A DNA stretch of 34,761 nt, taken from assembly GCA_016928395.1 (NCBI GenBank), contig JAFGKV010000300.1:1-34761 (forward strand), given 5' to 3'. Positions 17,908-26,355 of the stretch are shown in pieces. Under the pieces are notes generated by a model, which saw only the letters and a program-made list of their open reading frames with translations, made no database searches and was not told the origin of the DNA. A program made the translations under genes and the position numbers. Every line of letters starts with the position of its first letter. Position 1 is the first letter of the stretch. This stretch comes from Candidatus Fermentibacterota bacterium. Lineage in GTDB: Bacteria > JAFGKV01.

Positions 17908-18003
17908 CTTTGGATCGCTTCTCTACGGCGAAGGTCTGTCCCTCTTCTCCCTGCGCACTACGGGCCAGAGAGGCCTGACTTCGCAGCCACGCCGTACCAC
18001 CTC

Positions 18004-19062
18004 GTGCGATCTCGCCCGTCAAGGCCGCCTTCGGCCCGGTCCCTTTGTGCAATCCACGTGCACTCAACCTATTCTGATGGCACCACCGACATTGGCGAGA
18101 TTGTTGCCGACGCCCATGCGGCGGGAGTCGACGTAGTCATGATCACCGACCACCACACGATGACCGCGACCCGTCACGGGTGGAATGGATGGCATGATGA
18201 TGTCCTGGTCATTGTCGGCTACGAGCACTCCGATCCCCACGATGCGAATCATCTCTTGGTGTTCGGTATGAATGAACCCATGGATCCGACCCTCTCGCCA
18301 CGGCAGTATGTGCACCAGGCGACCGGAGCTGGTGGCATGGTGTTCCTTGCGCACCCTGTGGAATGTCGGGCGCGGCGGGGAAAGATTCGGCCGTACCCGT
18401 GGACAGCCAGTCTGGACCTTCCGTTCCAGGGGGTGGAAGTCTGGAACTTCATGTCATTGTGGGCTGAGCGCTATACGGCACGCCGCGCTCTGCTCAACTA
18501 CGTCATGCCCGGAATCGCCGGGGAGCGACCGGACGACGAGACTTTGGCCTTGTGGGATCGCTGTGCGGAGTCACGCCCTGTGGCTGGCATTGCCGGGCTA
18601 GATGCCCATGTGCTCAAGGTGCCGTGGGGTCCCCTGCGCTTGACGCTGTTTCCCCTTGCACGACTCTTTCGCGGACCGCTCACAATGGTGGAGACGTCGG
18701 CCCCTCTCTCCAGAACGGATGCGCGCGCCGACACTGCCATGCTGCTGGCCCATCTGGCGAGAGGCAACAGCATGATGGGGGTACGCAAATACGGTCCTCT
18801 GGAGGAGATCCTGACCAGGTTCGGCAGTGATCACGGTCAGGTGTGGGGTGAGACCTTCGTAGCGAGGGAACCGGTGGATCTTGTCATGACACTGCCTCGC
18901 CGCGCCTGTGCCAAACTGCTGCGGTCGGGCCGGGTGGTGGCTGAGACACGGGGCAGAACCGTACGCTTCCCCGTGACCGAACCAGGTATCTATAGAGTGG
19001 AGCTTCGTCGCCGCGGCGCAGTCTGGGTCATCACGAATCATCTCAGGGTGACAAGGGGTTGA
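18004..19062 (+). CDS. PHP-domain metallohydrolase (CehA/McbA-like)
   Basis: HVHSTYSDG, ITDH, GYE, NHLL, LAHP, EVWN and GLDAH metal-ligand motifs. Start approximate. Confidence 0.85.
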   Translation: MRSRPSRPPSARSLCAIHVHSTYSDGTTDIGEIVADAHAAGVDVVMITDHHTMTATRHGWNGWHDDVLVIVGYEHSDPHDANHLLVFGMNEPMDPTLSPRQYVHQATGAGGMVFLAHPVECRARRGKIRPYPWTASLDLPFQGVEVWNFMSLWAERYTARRALLNYVMPGIAGERPDDETLALWDRCAESRPVAGIAGLDAHVLKVPWGPLRLTLFPLARLFRGPLTMVETSAPLSRTDARADTAMLLAHLARGNSMMGVRKYGPLEEILTRFGSDHGQVWGETFVAREPVDLVMTLPRRACAKLLRSGRVVAETRGRTVRFPVTEPGIYRVELRRRGAVWVITNHLRVTRG

Positions 19063-19319
19063 TTGGGGTGTCTGCCTGCCTGCTGCGCCAGCAGGACGGC
19101 GTTTCATTATCCATTCCTGCCCGCGCAGGGCTGTGGCTACAGTCTTCCGGGCGGATTCATAAGGCGAGCTCTTGGCTTCACTGCGCCTCGTGTCGGTAGT
19201 GCGTCATCCAGGCGCGACGCGCCGAGTTGCGCACCGGGGCGCTGCGGCGTATGTTCGGGCAGACAGAGGACATGAGGCGAACTGTATCTTCGAGCCGACG
19301 TGGTTCGCCTGGTCCCCTG

Positions 19320-19341
19320 TCGTGAAATTTCTGATTCACAA
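19320..19341. promoter_or_regulatory. Imperfect palindrome upstream of the oxidoreductase operon (candidate transcription-factor site)
   Basis: tcgtgaa-atttctga-ttcacaa, an AT-rich element just upstream of the GGAGG RBS. Confidence 0.4.
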
Positions 19342-19361
19342 TCTGCTGGGAGGTCGTAGCT

Positions 19362-19595
19362 ATGCCGACCGAGGCGTCCACAGTCTCCGAGGTCATCATC
19401 CGGGAGGAAGAGTGCAAGGGATGCCACCGATGCGTGGATGCGTGCCCTGCACACGTCCTCGAGGTGGCGGCGCACTTCAATCTCATGAGCTATCATCCCG
19501 CGCGGTACAAAGGCGAGGGGTGCACGGGGTGCGCGACATGCTTCTACACGTGCCCTGAGCCAGGGGCGATCACCGTAATCCGGCGCCGACGGTAG
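19362..19595 (+). CDS. 2x[4Fe-4S] ferredoxin, delta subunit of 2-oxoacid:ferredoxin oxidoreductase (VorC-like)
   Basis: [12 protein letters not shown] and [20 protein letters not shown]. Confidence 0.92.
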   Translation: MPTEASTVSEVIIREEECKGCHRCVDACPAHVLEVAAHFNLMSYHPARYKGEGCTGCATCFYTCPEPGAITVIRRRR

Positions 19596-19606
19596 GAGGG
19601 AGTGTC

Positions 19607-20659
19607 ATGGCGAAGCAGTTCATCAAAGGCAATGAGGCAGTAGTCAAGGGTGCGATACTGGCGGGCTGCCAGGCGTACTACGGCTACCCGATTACGCCGG
19701 CCAGCGAGATCGCCGAGGCGGCTGCCTACTACCTCCCTCTCCTCGGTCGAACGTTTCTCCAAGCCGAGAGCGAGATAGGCGCCATCAACATGGTGTATGG
19801 CGCTGCATCCGCGGGTATCCGGGTCATGACCGCCTCATCCAGCCCGGGCATCAGCCTCAAGCAGGAAGGCATCAGCTATGCCGCAGGCGCCGAGCTTTCC
19901 TGCGTGGTGGTCGACATCACCCGCGGAGGCCCCGGCTTGGGCAACATCGCCCCGGAGCAGAGCGACTACAATCAGATGGTTAAGGGTGGCGGCCATGGCA
20001 ACTACAAGCTCATCGTGCTGGCGCCCAACTGCGCCCAGGAGATGTGCGATCTCACCATGCATGCTTTCGATCTGGCCGATCGGTATCGTACGCCGGTGGT
20101 CGTCATGGCCGATGGGTTTGTCGGCCAGATGATGGAACCGGTAGAGTTCCCCGCCCCGGTAGTCGACTTGCCACCAAAGCCTTGGGCCACAGCCGGGACC
20201 CCCGAAACCTACAAGAACCTTATCACCTCCATTGACCTGGAACCCGATGACTTAGAGCGGCACATCAACCACCTCTATGCCAAGTACGCCGAGATCGAGG
20301 CCAATGAGGTTCGCTACGAGGAGTACATGGTCGACGACGCGGATCTGGTGTGTATCGGGTTCGGCGTGGTCTCCCGCATTCTTCAGAGCGGCATCGAGCG
20401 GGTCAGGGCCGAGGGCAAGAAGGTCGGGTTGCTGCGGCCTATCACCTTGTGGCCGTTCCCCGAAAAGCGCCTCGCCCGGCTTGCCGACGAAGGGAAGAAG
20501 CTTTTGGTGATGGAGATGAACAAGGGGATGATGGTCGACGATGTCCGCCTGGCTGTGCAGCACCGGGTGCCTGTCGGGTTCTACGGCAGGGTGGGAGGAA
20601 ACGTCCCTTCGGGCCGTGAGGTCTACGATCAGATCATGCTGCATCTGGAGGCTGTGTGA
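19607..20659 (+). CDS. vorB: 2-oxoacid:ferredoxin oxidoreductase alpha subunit (ketoisovalerate oxidoreductase VorB type)
   Basis: [60 protein letters not shown]. Confidence 0.88.
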   Translation: MAKQFIKGNEAVVKGAILAGCQAYYGYPITPASEIAEAAAYYLPLLGRTFLQAESEIGAINMVYGAASAGIRVMTASSSPGISLKQEGISYAAGAELSCVVVDITRGGPGLGNIAPEQSDYNQMVKGGGHGNYKLIVLAPNCAQEMCDLTMHAFDLADRYRTPVVVMADGFVGQMMEPVEFPAPVVDLPPKPWATAGTPETYKNLITSIDLEPDDLERHINHLYAKYAEIEANEVRYEEYMVDDADLVCIGFGVVSRILQSGIERVRAEGKKVGLLRPITLWPFPEKRLARLADEGKKLLVMEMNKGMMVDDVRLAVQHRVPVGFYGRVGGNVPSGREVYDQIMLHLEAV

Positions 20660-22098
20660 TGGCCGAGACAATCTTCCGCAAAGCCAAGTCATTCTACGAC
20701 GTGTATGAGCGCAAGGCCGGCGCCAACAAAGACGTCACGCACTATTGCCCCGGCTGCGGGCATGGAATCCTGCACAAGCTTATCGCCGAGGCCATGGACG
20801 ATTTCGACCTCAAGGAGCATACGGTCCTGATCAGCCCAGTGGGCTGCAGCGTGTTTGCCTACTATTACTTTGACTGCGGCAATATCCAGGCCGCCCACGG
20901 GCGGGCTCCAGCAGTGGCCACGGGCGTGAAGCGCACCAATCCGGACAGCGTCGTCATCTCCTACCAGGGTGATGGGGATCTGGCCGGCATCGGTGGCAAT
21001 GAGATACTCCAGGCGGCCAACCGAGGGGAACGCATCAGTGTGTTTTTCGTGAACAATGCCATCTATGGCATGACCGGCGGCCAGATGGCGCCGACGACGC
21101 TGCTGGGCATGCGCACCACCACCAGCCCCCATGGCAGAAGCATCGGTAATGAGGGCTATCCTCTGCATATGTGTGAGCTCATCAGTACACTGGAAGCTCC
21201 GGTCTATGTGGAGCGAGTGTCCCTCACCGACGCCAAACACATCATGCAGGCCCGCAGGGCCGTGCGAAAGGCCCTGAAGGCGCAGATGGAAGGTAAGGGG
21301 TTCACTTTTGTGGAAGCTCTGTCTGCCTGCCCGACGAACTGGAAGGTACCAACCCGGGAAGCCAACCGATGGATCGTCGAGATGATGGAGCCCGTGTTTC
21401 CCATTAAGGTCTTCAAGGATGAAATCGAGACCCGGGAGGTCGTCCCACGCGAGAAGAAGACATACACTCCCCACGAGATCGTCGAGACCCTTGATCTGCC
21501 CACCGGCGACGAGACCGTCAGCTTTGTCAGACCTCCCAATGCCCTGAAGGATCCCGAGATCAAGGTCGCGGGGTTCGGTGGCCAGGGTGTTCTGCTGCTG
21601 GGCCTCGCGTTGGCCCAGGCAGGTATGCGGGCCGGCTATCACGTGACGTGGCTCCCGAGCTATGGCCCCGAAATGCGCGGCGGCACCGCCAATTGCCATG
21701 TGCGGATCGCCGAAGGGCGCATCGGCAGCCCTCTGGTGCACGAGTCCGATGTGCTCATCGCCTTCAATGGGCCGTCTTTGGACAAGTTCGCCTCTCTGGT
21801 CAAGCCGGGTGGTCTGATTCTCTATGATAGCTCACTCATCGACCGCACCATCGAGCGGACCGACGTGAAGGCTCTCGGGCTTCCTTTTACCGAACTCGCG
21901 GACAAGGAGCTTGGCAACGGAAGGGCCTCGAACTTCGTGGCCATGGGCGCGTTCATCGTCGCGTCCCGGGGCGTATTCGATGAACACGTAGTGAAGTCGA
22001 TCCTGCCTTTAGTAATCAAGCGGAAGAACCTGATCGAGCTGAACGAGCGGGCCGTGGCCGCGGGTATGCGGATCGCCCGCGAGGCCTTGGGCTCATAG
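20659..22098 (+). CDS. vorA: 2-oxoacid:ferredoxin oxidoreductase fused beta+gamma subunit (VorA type)
   Basis: Beta part: HYCPGCGH, TPP motif GDGD...NNAIYGMTGGQ, SACPTNW. Gamma part: AGFGGQGV, PSYGPEMRGG. Confidence 0.85.
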   Translation: MAETIFRKAKSFYDVYERKAGANKDVTHYCPGCGHGILHKLIAEAMDDFDLKEHTVLISPVGCSVFAYYYFDCGNIQAAHGRAPAVATGVKRTNPDSVVISYQGDGDLAGIGGNEILQAANRGERISVFFVNNAIYGMTGGQMAPTTLLGMRTTTSPHGRSIGNEGYPLHMCELISTLEAPVYVERVSLTDAKHIMQARRAVRKALKAQMEGKGFTFVEALSACPTNWKVPTREANRWIVEMMEPVFPIKVFKDEIETREVVPREKKTYTPHEIVETLDLPTGDETVSFVRPPNALKDPEIKVAGFGGQGVLLLGLALAQAGMRAGYHVTWLPSYGPEMRGGTANCHVRIAEGRIGSPLVHESDVLIAFNGPSLDKFASLVKPGGLILYDSSLIDRTIERTDVKALGLPFTELADKELGNGRASNFVAMGAFIVASRGVFDEHVVKSILPLVIKRKNLIELNERAVAAGMRIAREALGS

Positions 22099-22115
22099 GT
22101 TCGGTCGCGAACCCC

Positions 22116-23495
22116 ATGATCAGGCCGGGCGGGAGCCGTCTGCCCCCGCTCGGCCTTGCCGTACTCTCGGCCATTCTGCTACGGGTCGCCATTGTCGCGG
22201 CAACAATGTCAGCCGAGCCGCTGATCGACATGGTCGAGTATCATGACCTGGCCGTATCCATGGTGGAAGGCCGGGGATACGCCACCGCCCAGGGGCCCAC
22301 GGCGTTTCGGGAGCCCCTGTATCCCGCGTTTCTCGCGACGGTCTTCCGGGTGGTCGGCACTCCCAGCGTTCTGGCGGCCCGGCTGGTGCAGGCCGGCCTC
22401 GGGGGGCTCGATGTGGCGCTTACCTATGCAGCAGCGGCCACACTGGGATGGAACGCTGCGGCCCTGCCCGCTGCATGGATCGTGGCCCTGTACCCTGACA
22501 GGATCCTCTATGCCACCTATCTCCACCGCGAAGCGCTGCTGGGACCCTTATGGCTCGTTCAGCTTGTGGCTTTCTCTTTTCTCTGGAGATCGAAGAGTCT
22601 GTGGCCAGCCGTCCTGGCGGGGGCGACCATAGCTGCGGGGGGCCTCTGCAATGCAGTACTCCTGGCGACTTCGGCGGTGTACTCGGCGGTATCGCTTGTC
22701 TCAAGGCATCTCCGCCGTCGGGTCTTGCAGGTAGCGGTGGCGTGGGGTGTCGCCATGGCCCTGGCCTCGCCCTGGGGTTATCGGAATTTGCGGGTGCTGG
22801 GTGCGTGGGTGTGGACCGACACCAAGGGTGGTAATGCCCTGTGGGAAGGCAACAATGAGGGCTGGCTTGAGGGAAACGCGGAAATGGCGATCCGCCAGGC
22901 CCAGTGGGACAGAATGGAGGGGATGTCTGAGGTGGAGGCAGACCGGTATGCTCGTGCCCAGGCGCTTCGCTTTATCCGCGCCCATCCCGATCAGGCGCTC
23001 TATCTCTGGTGGCGCAAGGCTTTGCAGTTCTGGCGATTGGAACTGATGCCCTTCTTCTACTACAAGCAGGGGTACTGGGGGCATCTCCCCGCCGGCGTGC
23101 TAGCGGCGGCGGCAACGATCACCTTGCCGGTTTTTCCCCTGATCGTGTTCGGAGCCGCAGCCGGCGCTGCCGCAACCTGGCGGCAGCAATCCACCCGAGT
23201 AGTCATGGCCCTCGTGGCCGGGCACTGGGCTGCATGCAGCGTGTTCATCGGCGGATTCCGCTACCACTATCCCATCGTGCCCGTTCTGGCGGCCCTGGCT
23301 GTGATCGGATGGCAGGCCCGAGAGCGTATCCGTGGATCAGCCCTGGCGGTCTGGGGCGTGCTGGCCCTGGCATTCGCCCTGAACTTCGTGGATCATGTCG
23401 TGGCCAACTGGGGCCAGGTTCGGGCGATGCTCGGCCGAGGCGGCAAGCTGGAGTACAGCGACACCCGGTCATGGATGAAGAAGGGCCTCTTCTGA
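22116..23495 (+). CDS. GT-C fold (ArnT/GT39-like) membrane glycosyltransferase
   Basis: DMVEYHDLA..GRGY, TAFREPLYP, SPWGYRN, GGNALWEGNN, RYHYP; many TM helices. Confidence 0.75.
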   Translation: MIRPGGSRLPPLGLAVLSAILLRVAIVAATMSAEPLIDMVEYHDLAVSMVEGRGYATAQGPTAFREPLYPAFLATVFRVVGTPSVLAARLVQAGLGGLDVALTYAAAATLGWNAAALPAAWIVALYPDRILYATYLHREALLGPLWLVQLVAFSFLWRSKSLWPAVLAGATIAAGGLCNAVLLATSAVYSAVSLVSRHLRRRVLQVAVAWGVAMALASPWGYRNLRVLGAWVWTDTKGGNALWEGNNEGWLEGNAEMAIRQAQWDRMEGMSEVEADRYARAQALRFIRAHPDQALYLWWRKALQFWRLELMPFFYYKQGYWGHLPAGVLAAAATITLPVFPLIVFGAAAGAAATWRQQSTRVVMALVAGHWAACSVFIGGFRYHYPIVPVLAALAVIGWQARERIRGSALAVWGVLALAFALNFVDHVVANWGQVRAMLGRGGKLEYSDTRSWMKKGLF

Positions 23496-23513
23496 TGCGA
23501 CCGCGATTGGCAT

Positions 23514-25223
23514 ATGAGCCATCCCACTAGAGGAATCCCGAGCGCGGCCAGCTGTGCGGTCCTGCCAATGGGCATAGGCGCGGCCATGGGCGTGGGCGTG
23601 GCACGTCTGATCACGTCACTCTCACCTATCACTCGCGACCCATCGCACTACCGGGAGTATGCGGCTCTGAGAAGACTCTCGATGCTGGAATCGGTTCATC
23701 AATGGCAGTTGATCGCCGCGGGCGCCATGGGATGCCTTCTGGTTTGGCTGGGGCTTTCCCTCATCTTTCGGCACCAGGGACGCCGTCTTGGATGGGGCGC
23801 CACCGTGGGTTTGTGTGTGCCGGTCGCGACCGGAGCGGTTTTGCTGGGTGCGGATCCGCTTAGCGAAACCGGCCGGTCCATGGCAGTGGCGGCAGTCGGT
23901 CTGGCCGGGCCAGGCCAGATCATCGCCGGGTTCCTCCTCATGCTCTACCCCCTATGGCTGCGCAGTGCCTGGCGTCCCGGCAGGGGGTTTGTCTGGATCT
24001 GCAGCGTAGCTTTGGCCGTGACGAGCGGGCTGTGGATGGCTCTGGTGCAGGAAGCGACGGGAGATGAACCCTCGTATCTTTTGGCGATGCACTCCCTGGT
24101 GTATGATCATGACTTCGATGTGGCGAACAACCATGCGCGACAGGACTACCGTCATTTCTACCCGACCACGATCCATCACGGGCAACTGCTGCCAACCCTT
24201 CGAGGGGTTACCCTTCCCAAGCACAGCCTGGGCTTGCCGCTGCTGGGCGCAGCAGTCTACAAGCTGGGAGGACGCCTGGGTGTCAGCGTGCTCTGCTCTC
24301 TCATTACGGCCTCCTTTGCCGCCTGTGTCTACCACCTGATGAGGCGACGCGAGATCGCCGTGGCCCTCAGGTGTTGGAGCGTTGTGCTTCTCTGTGCCCC
24401 GCTCGCCCTGTATGCCGGGCAGATCTATCCGAATGCCGCCGCCGGTGTTCTCGTCGTCCTCGCTTTGCTCCTCGCACCCCGTCATGCCGTGGCGGCGGGT
24501 GGAGCTACTGGTCTGATCCCCTGGTTTCATCTGGGCACATTGCCACTGGCCATAGGTGTGTGCGTCGTGGGTCCCCGATCCCGCAAAGGGGCGCTGAGGT
24601 GTCTGGCGGGGGCGCTTCCGTTCTGGGGCGCTCTTGCGGCGATGCACCTCTATTTTTGGGCACGGCTGTTGCCGCCGGCGGGCGCCTACGGGCAGTTCTC
24701 GCCGGCAATGATTCCGGCCGCATTGCCGGGGCTCTTTCTGGATCAGGAGTCGGGTCTGCTGTGGGTGGCCCCTGTGTGGCTGCTCATGCTGATGGGAGTC
24801 GTGGCTCGTCCCCGGGCGATGGTCCGTTCGGAAGGGATCCTCTTGCTGGGATGGCTTCTGTACATATCCACGTTCAACTGGTGGTATGGCGGCTGGTCGC
24901 CCACAGGGCGTTTTCTTCTGCCGGTCTTGGGGCTGATGGCGCTGCGGCTGGGGGAGGGCCTGGAGTACGCGGTTTCTTGGGGGCGCCGGTTGTGGTTGGC
25001 CGGCGGTATGGTTACCATGGTGCTGGTTTCGTTTCCGCTATTTCGGTTCAATGCCCGAGACGGCACCCACGCGGTGCTCGATGCCCTGGGCTCTCCAGGG
25101 AACACGCTGGCTTCCCTACTGCCCAGCCTCGTAACGTTTCGACCCTGGGTGTGGACCGTCTGGGCTTTCGCGCTCATGTTTCTCCTCCTACTGACATGGC
25201 ATCGCGGGCGACAGGCTGTCTAG
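23514..25223 (+). CDS. Polytopic membrane protein, probable GT-C-type glycosyltransferase
   Basis: TGDEPSYLLAMHSLVYDHDFD acidic loop, LFLDQESGLL, WWYGGWSPTGRFLLP; more than 10 hydrophobic segments. Confidence 0.65.
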   Translation: MSHPTRGIPSAASCAVLPMGIGAAMGVGVARLITSLSPITRDPSHYREYAALRRLSMLESVHQWQLIAAGAMGCLLVWLGLSLIFRHQGRRLGWGATVGLCVPVATGAVLLGADPLSETGRSMAVAAVGLAGPGQIIAGFLLMLYPLWLRSAWRPGRGFVWICSVALAVTSGLWMALVQEATGDEPSYLLAMHSLVYDHDFDVANNHARQDYRHFYPTTIHHGQLLPTLRGVTLPKHSLGLPLLGAAVYKLGGRLGVSVLCSLITASFAACVYHLMRRREIAVALRCWSVVLLCAPLALYAGQIYPNAAAGVLVVLALLLAPRHAVAAGGATGLIPWFHLGTLPLAIGVCVVGPRSRKGALRCLAGALPFWGALAAMHLYFWARLLPPAGAYGQFSPAMIPAALPGLFLDQESGLLWVAPVWLLMLMGVVARPRAMVRSEGILLLGWLLYISTFNWWYGGWSPTGRFLLPVLGLMALRLGEGLEYAVSWGRRLWLAGGMVTMVLVSFPLFRFNARDGTHAVLDALGSPGNTLASLLPSLVTFRPWVWTVWAFALMFLLLLTWHRGRQAV

Positions 25224-26335
25224 TGTTGGCTGCCGCCGGGCTCGCGCTGGTTGCGGCGGAGCTGGCCGTGCGGGCGGTATCGCCCCAGGCCGTCGGGAGA
25301 GCGCCCGCCATGTATGCCGCGGACAGCGTGTTGATTCATCGGCTCCAACCCATGTTCCAGGGACCGCTGCGATCCGGCGAATATGCGACCAGTGTCACCA
25401 TCAATGATCGCGGATTTCGGGGCGGGCCGTGGCGCCTGGATATGTCGAGGCGGGTCCTTGTGCTGGGTGACTCGTTCACCTTCGGGTACGGGGTGGAAGA
25501 GAGTGAGGCATACCCGGCCGTTCTGGAGCGCCTTAGTGCGCATGAGGGATGCCCGACAGCGGTGTACAATGCCGGCGTTCCCGGGTACGGCACTCTCCAG
25601 GAGAGGGGCATTGCTCCGGGCTTGTTGGCGATGGTGAGACCCCAGATTGTGGTCTTAGGCTTCACCGTGGGCTCGGATCTCTCCGACAACTTGGAGCAGG
25701 GTGTGCGGCCCGAGGCCGGCTACGAGGTTCGTGACGGGTTTCTCGTCCAGAAGGGCACTCCGGGGGGCACATCGTTGCCACTGAAGGCATGGATGCAGGA
25801 GCGGAGTCACCTGTACGTGCTGCTGCAGCGGGCGCGGATCCGCCTGGCCATGCGCGGCGCCCGCGGAGTGCGCAGCACACGCCCATGCGAGCATTTTCTG
25901 GCGGTGGCGCCATGCGGCGATATGGCCGTCGCCTGGGATTTGACAGCCACGGCCCTACGAGACATCGGCGATCTCTGCCACGACTCGGGCGCGCAGCTTA
26001 TCGTGCTGCTCATTCCCCACCCCGTGCAGGTGGATAGTGCGTTGTGGCGCAGTGAACTCGCAGCGTTCGAAGACCCCCAGGCTCTAGGCAGGTTTGTCGT
26101 GCAGGAACGCATAATGGCGCTGTGTGACGAATTGGGAGTGAGCTGCATGGATCCTCTTCCGGCGTTTCGCGGGCGGGCGAGCACGCTGTTCTTTCGGCTT
26201 GATAGGCATCTCACGGCCGATGGGCATGCAGTGCTCGCCAACACGTTTTTCCCCTCGATTCTTACACTACTCCGGGCTTCGCCACACGAAAGTGTTGACA
26301 CAGCTGGTCTGTCCGACGCTAACTGTATGCAATAA
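25196..26335 (+). CDS. SGNH/GDSL-family protein (AlgX/AlgJ-like acyltransferase or esterase)
   Basis: Membrane anchor AAELAVR; INDRGFR; block I LGDSFTFG, block II NAGVPGYG, block V DRHLTADGH. The longer 24371 start overlaps another gene and was discounted. Confidence 0.82.
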   Translation: MASRATGCLVLAAAGLALVAAELAVRAVSPQAVGRAPAMYAADSVLIHRLQPMFQGPLRSGEYATSVTINDRGFRGGPWRLDMSRRVLVLGDSFTFGYGVEESEAYPAVLERLSAHEGCPTAVYNAGVPGYGTLQERGIAPGLLAMVRPQIVVLGFTVGSDLSDNLEQGVRPEAGYEVRDGFLVQKGTPGGTSLPLKAWMQERSHLYVLLQRARIRLAMRGARGVRSTRPCEHFLAVAPCGDMAVAWDLTATALRDIGDLCHDSGAQLIVLLIPHPVQVDSALWRSELAAFEDPQALGRFVVQERIMALCDELGVSCMDPLPAFRGRASTLFFRLDRHLTADGHAVLANTFFPSILTLLRASPHESVDTAGLSDANCMQ

Positions 26336-26355
26336 GAACTTAATCCGGAGGTGTC

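Noticed and set aside
24371-25195. 654-aa ORF suggesting a long N-terminal extension on the SGNH protein
   Set aside because: The extension lies in an alternative frame inside the 23514-25223 membrane gene and reads as Arg/Gly/Ala-rich shadow sequence. The real start is probably the ATG at 25196.
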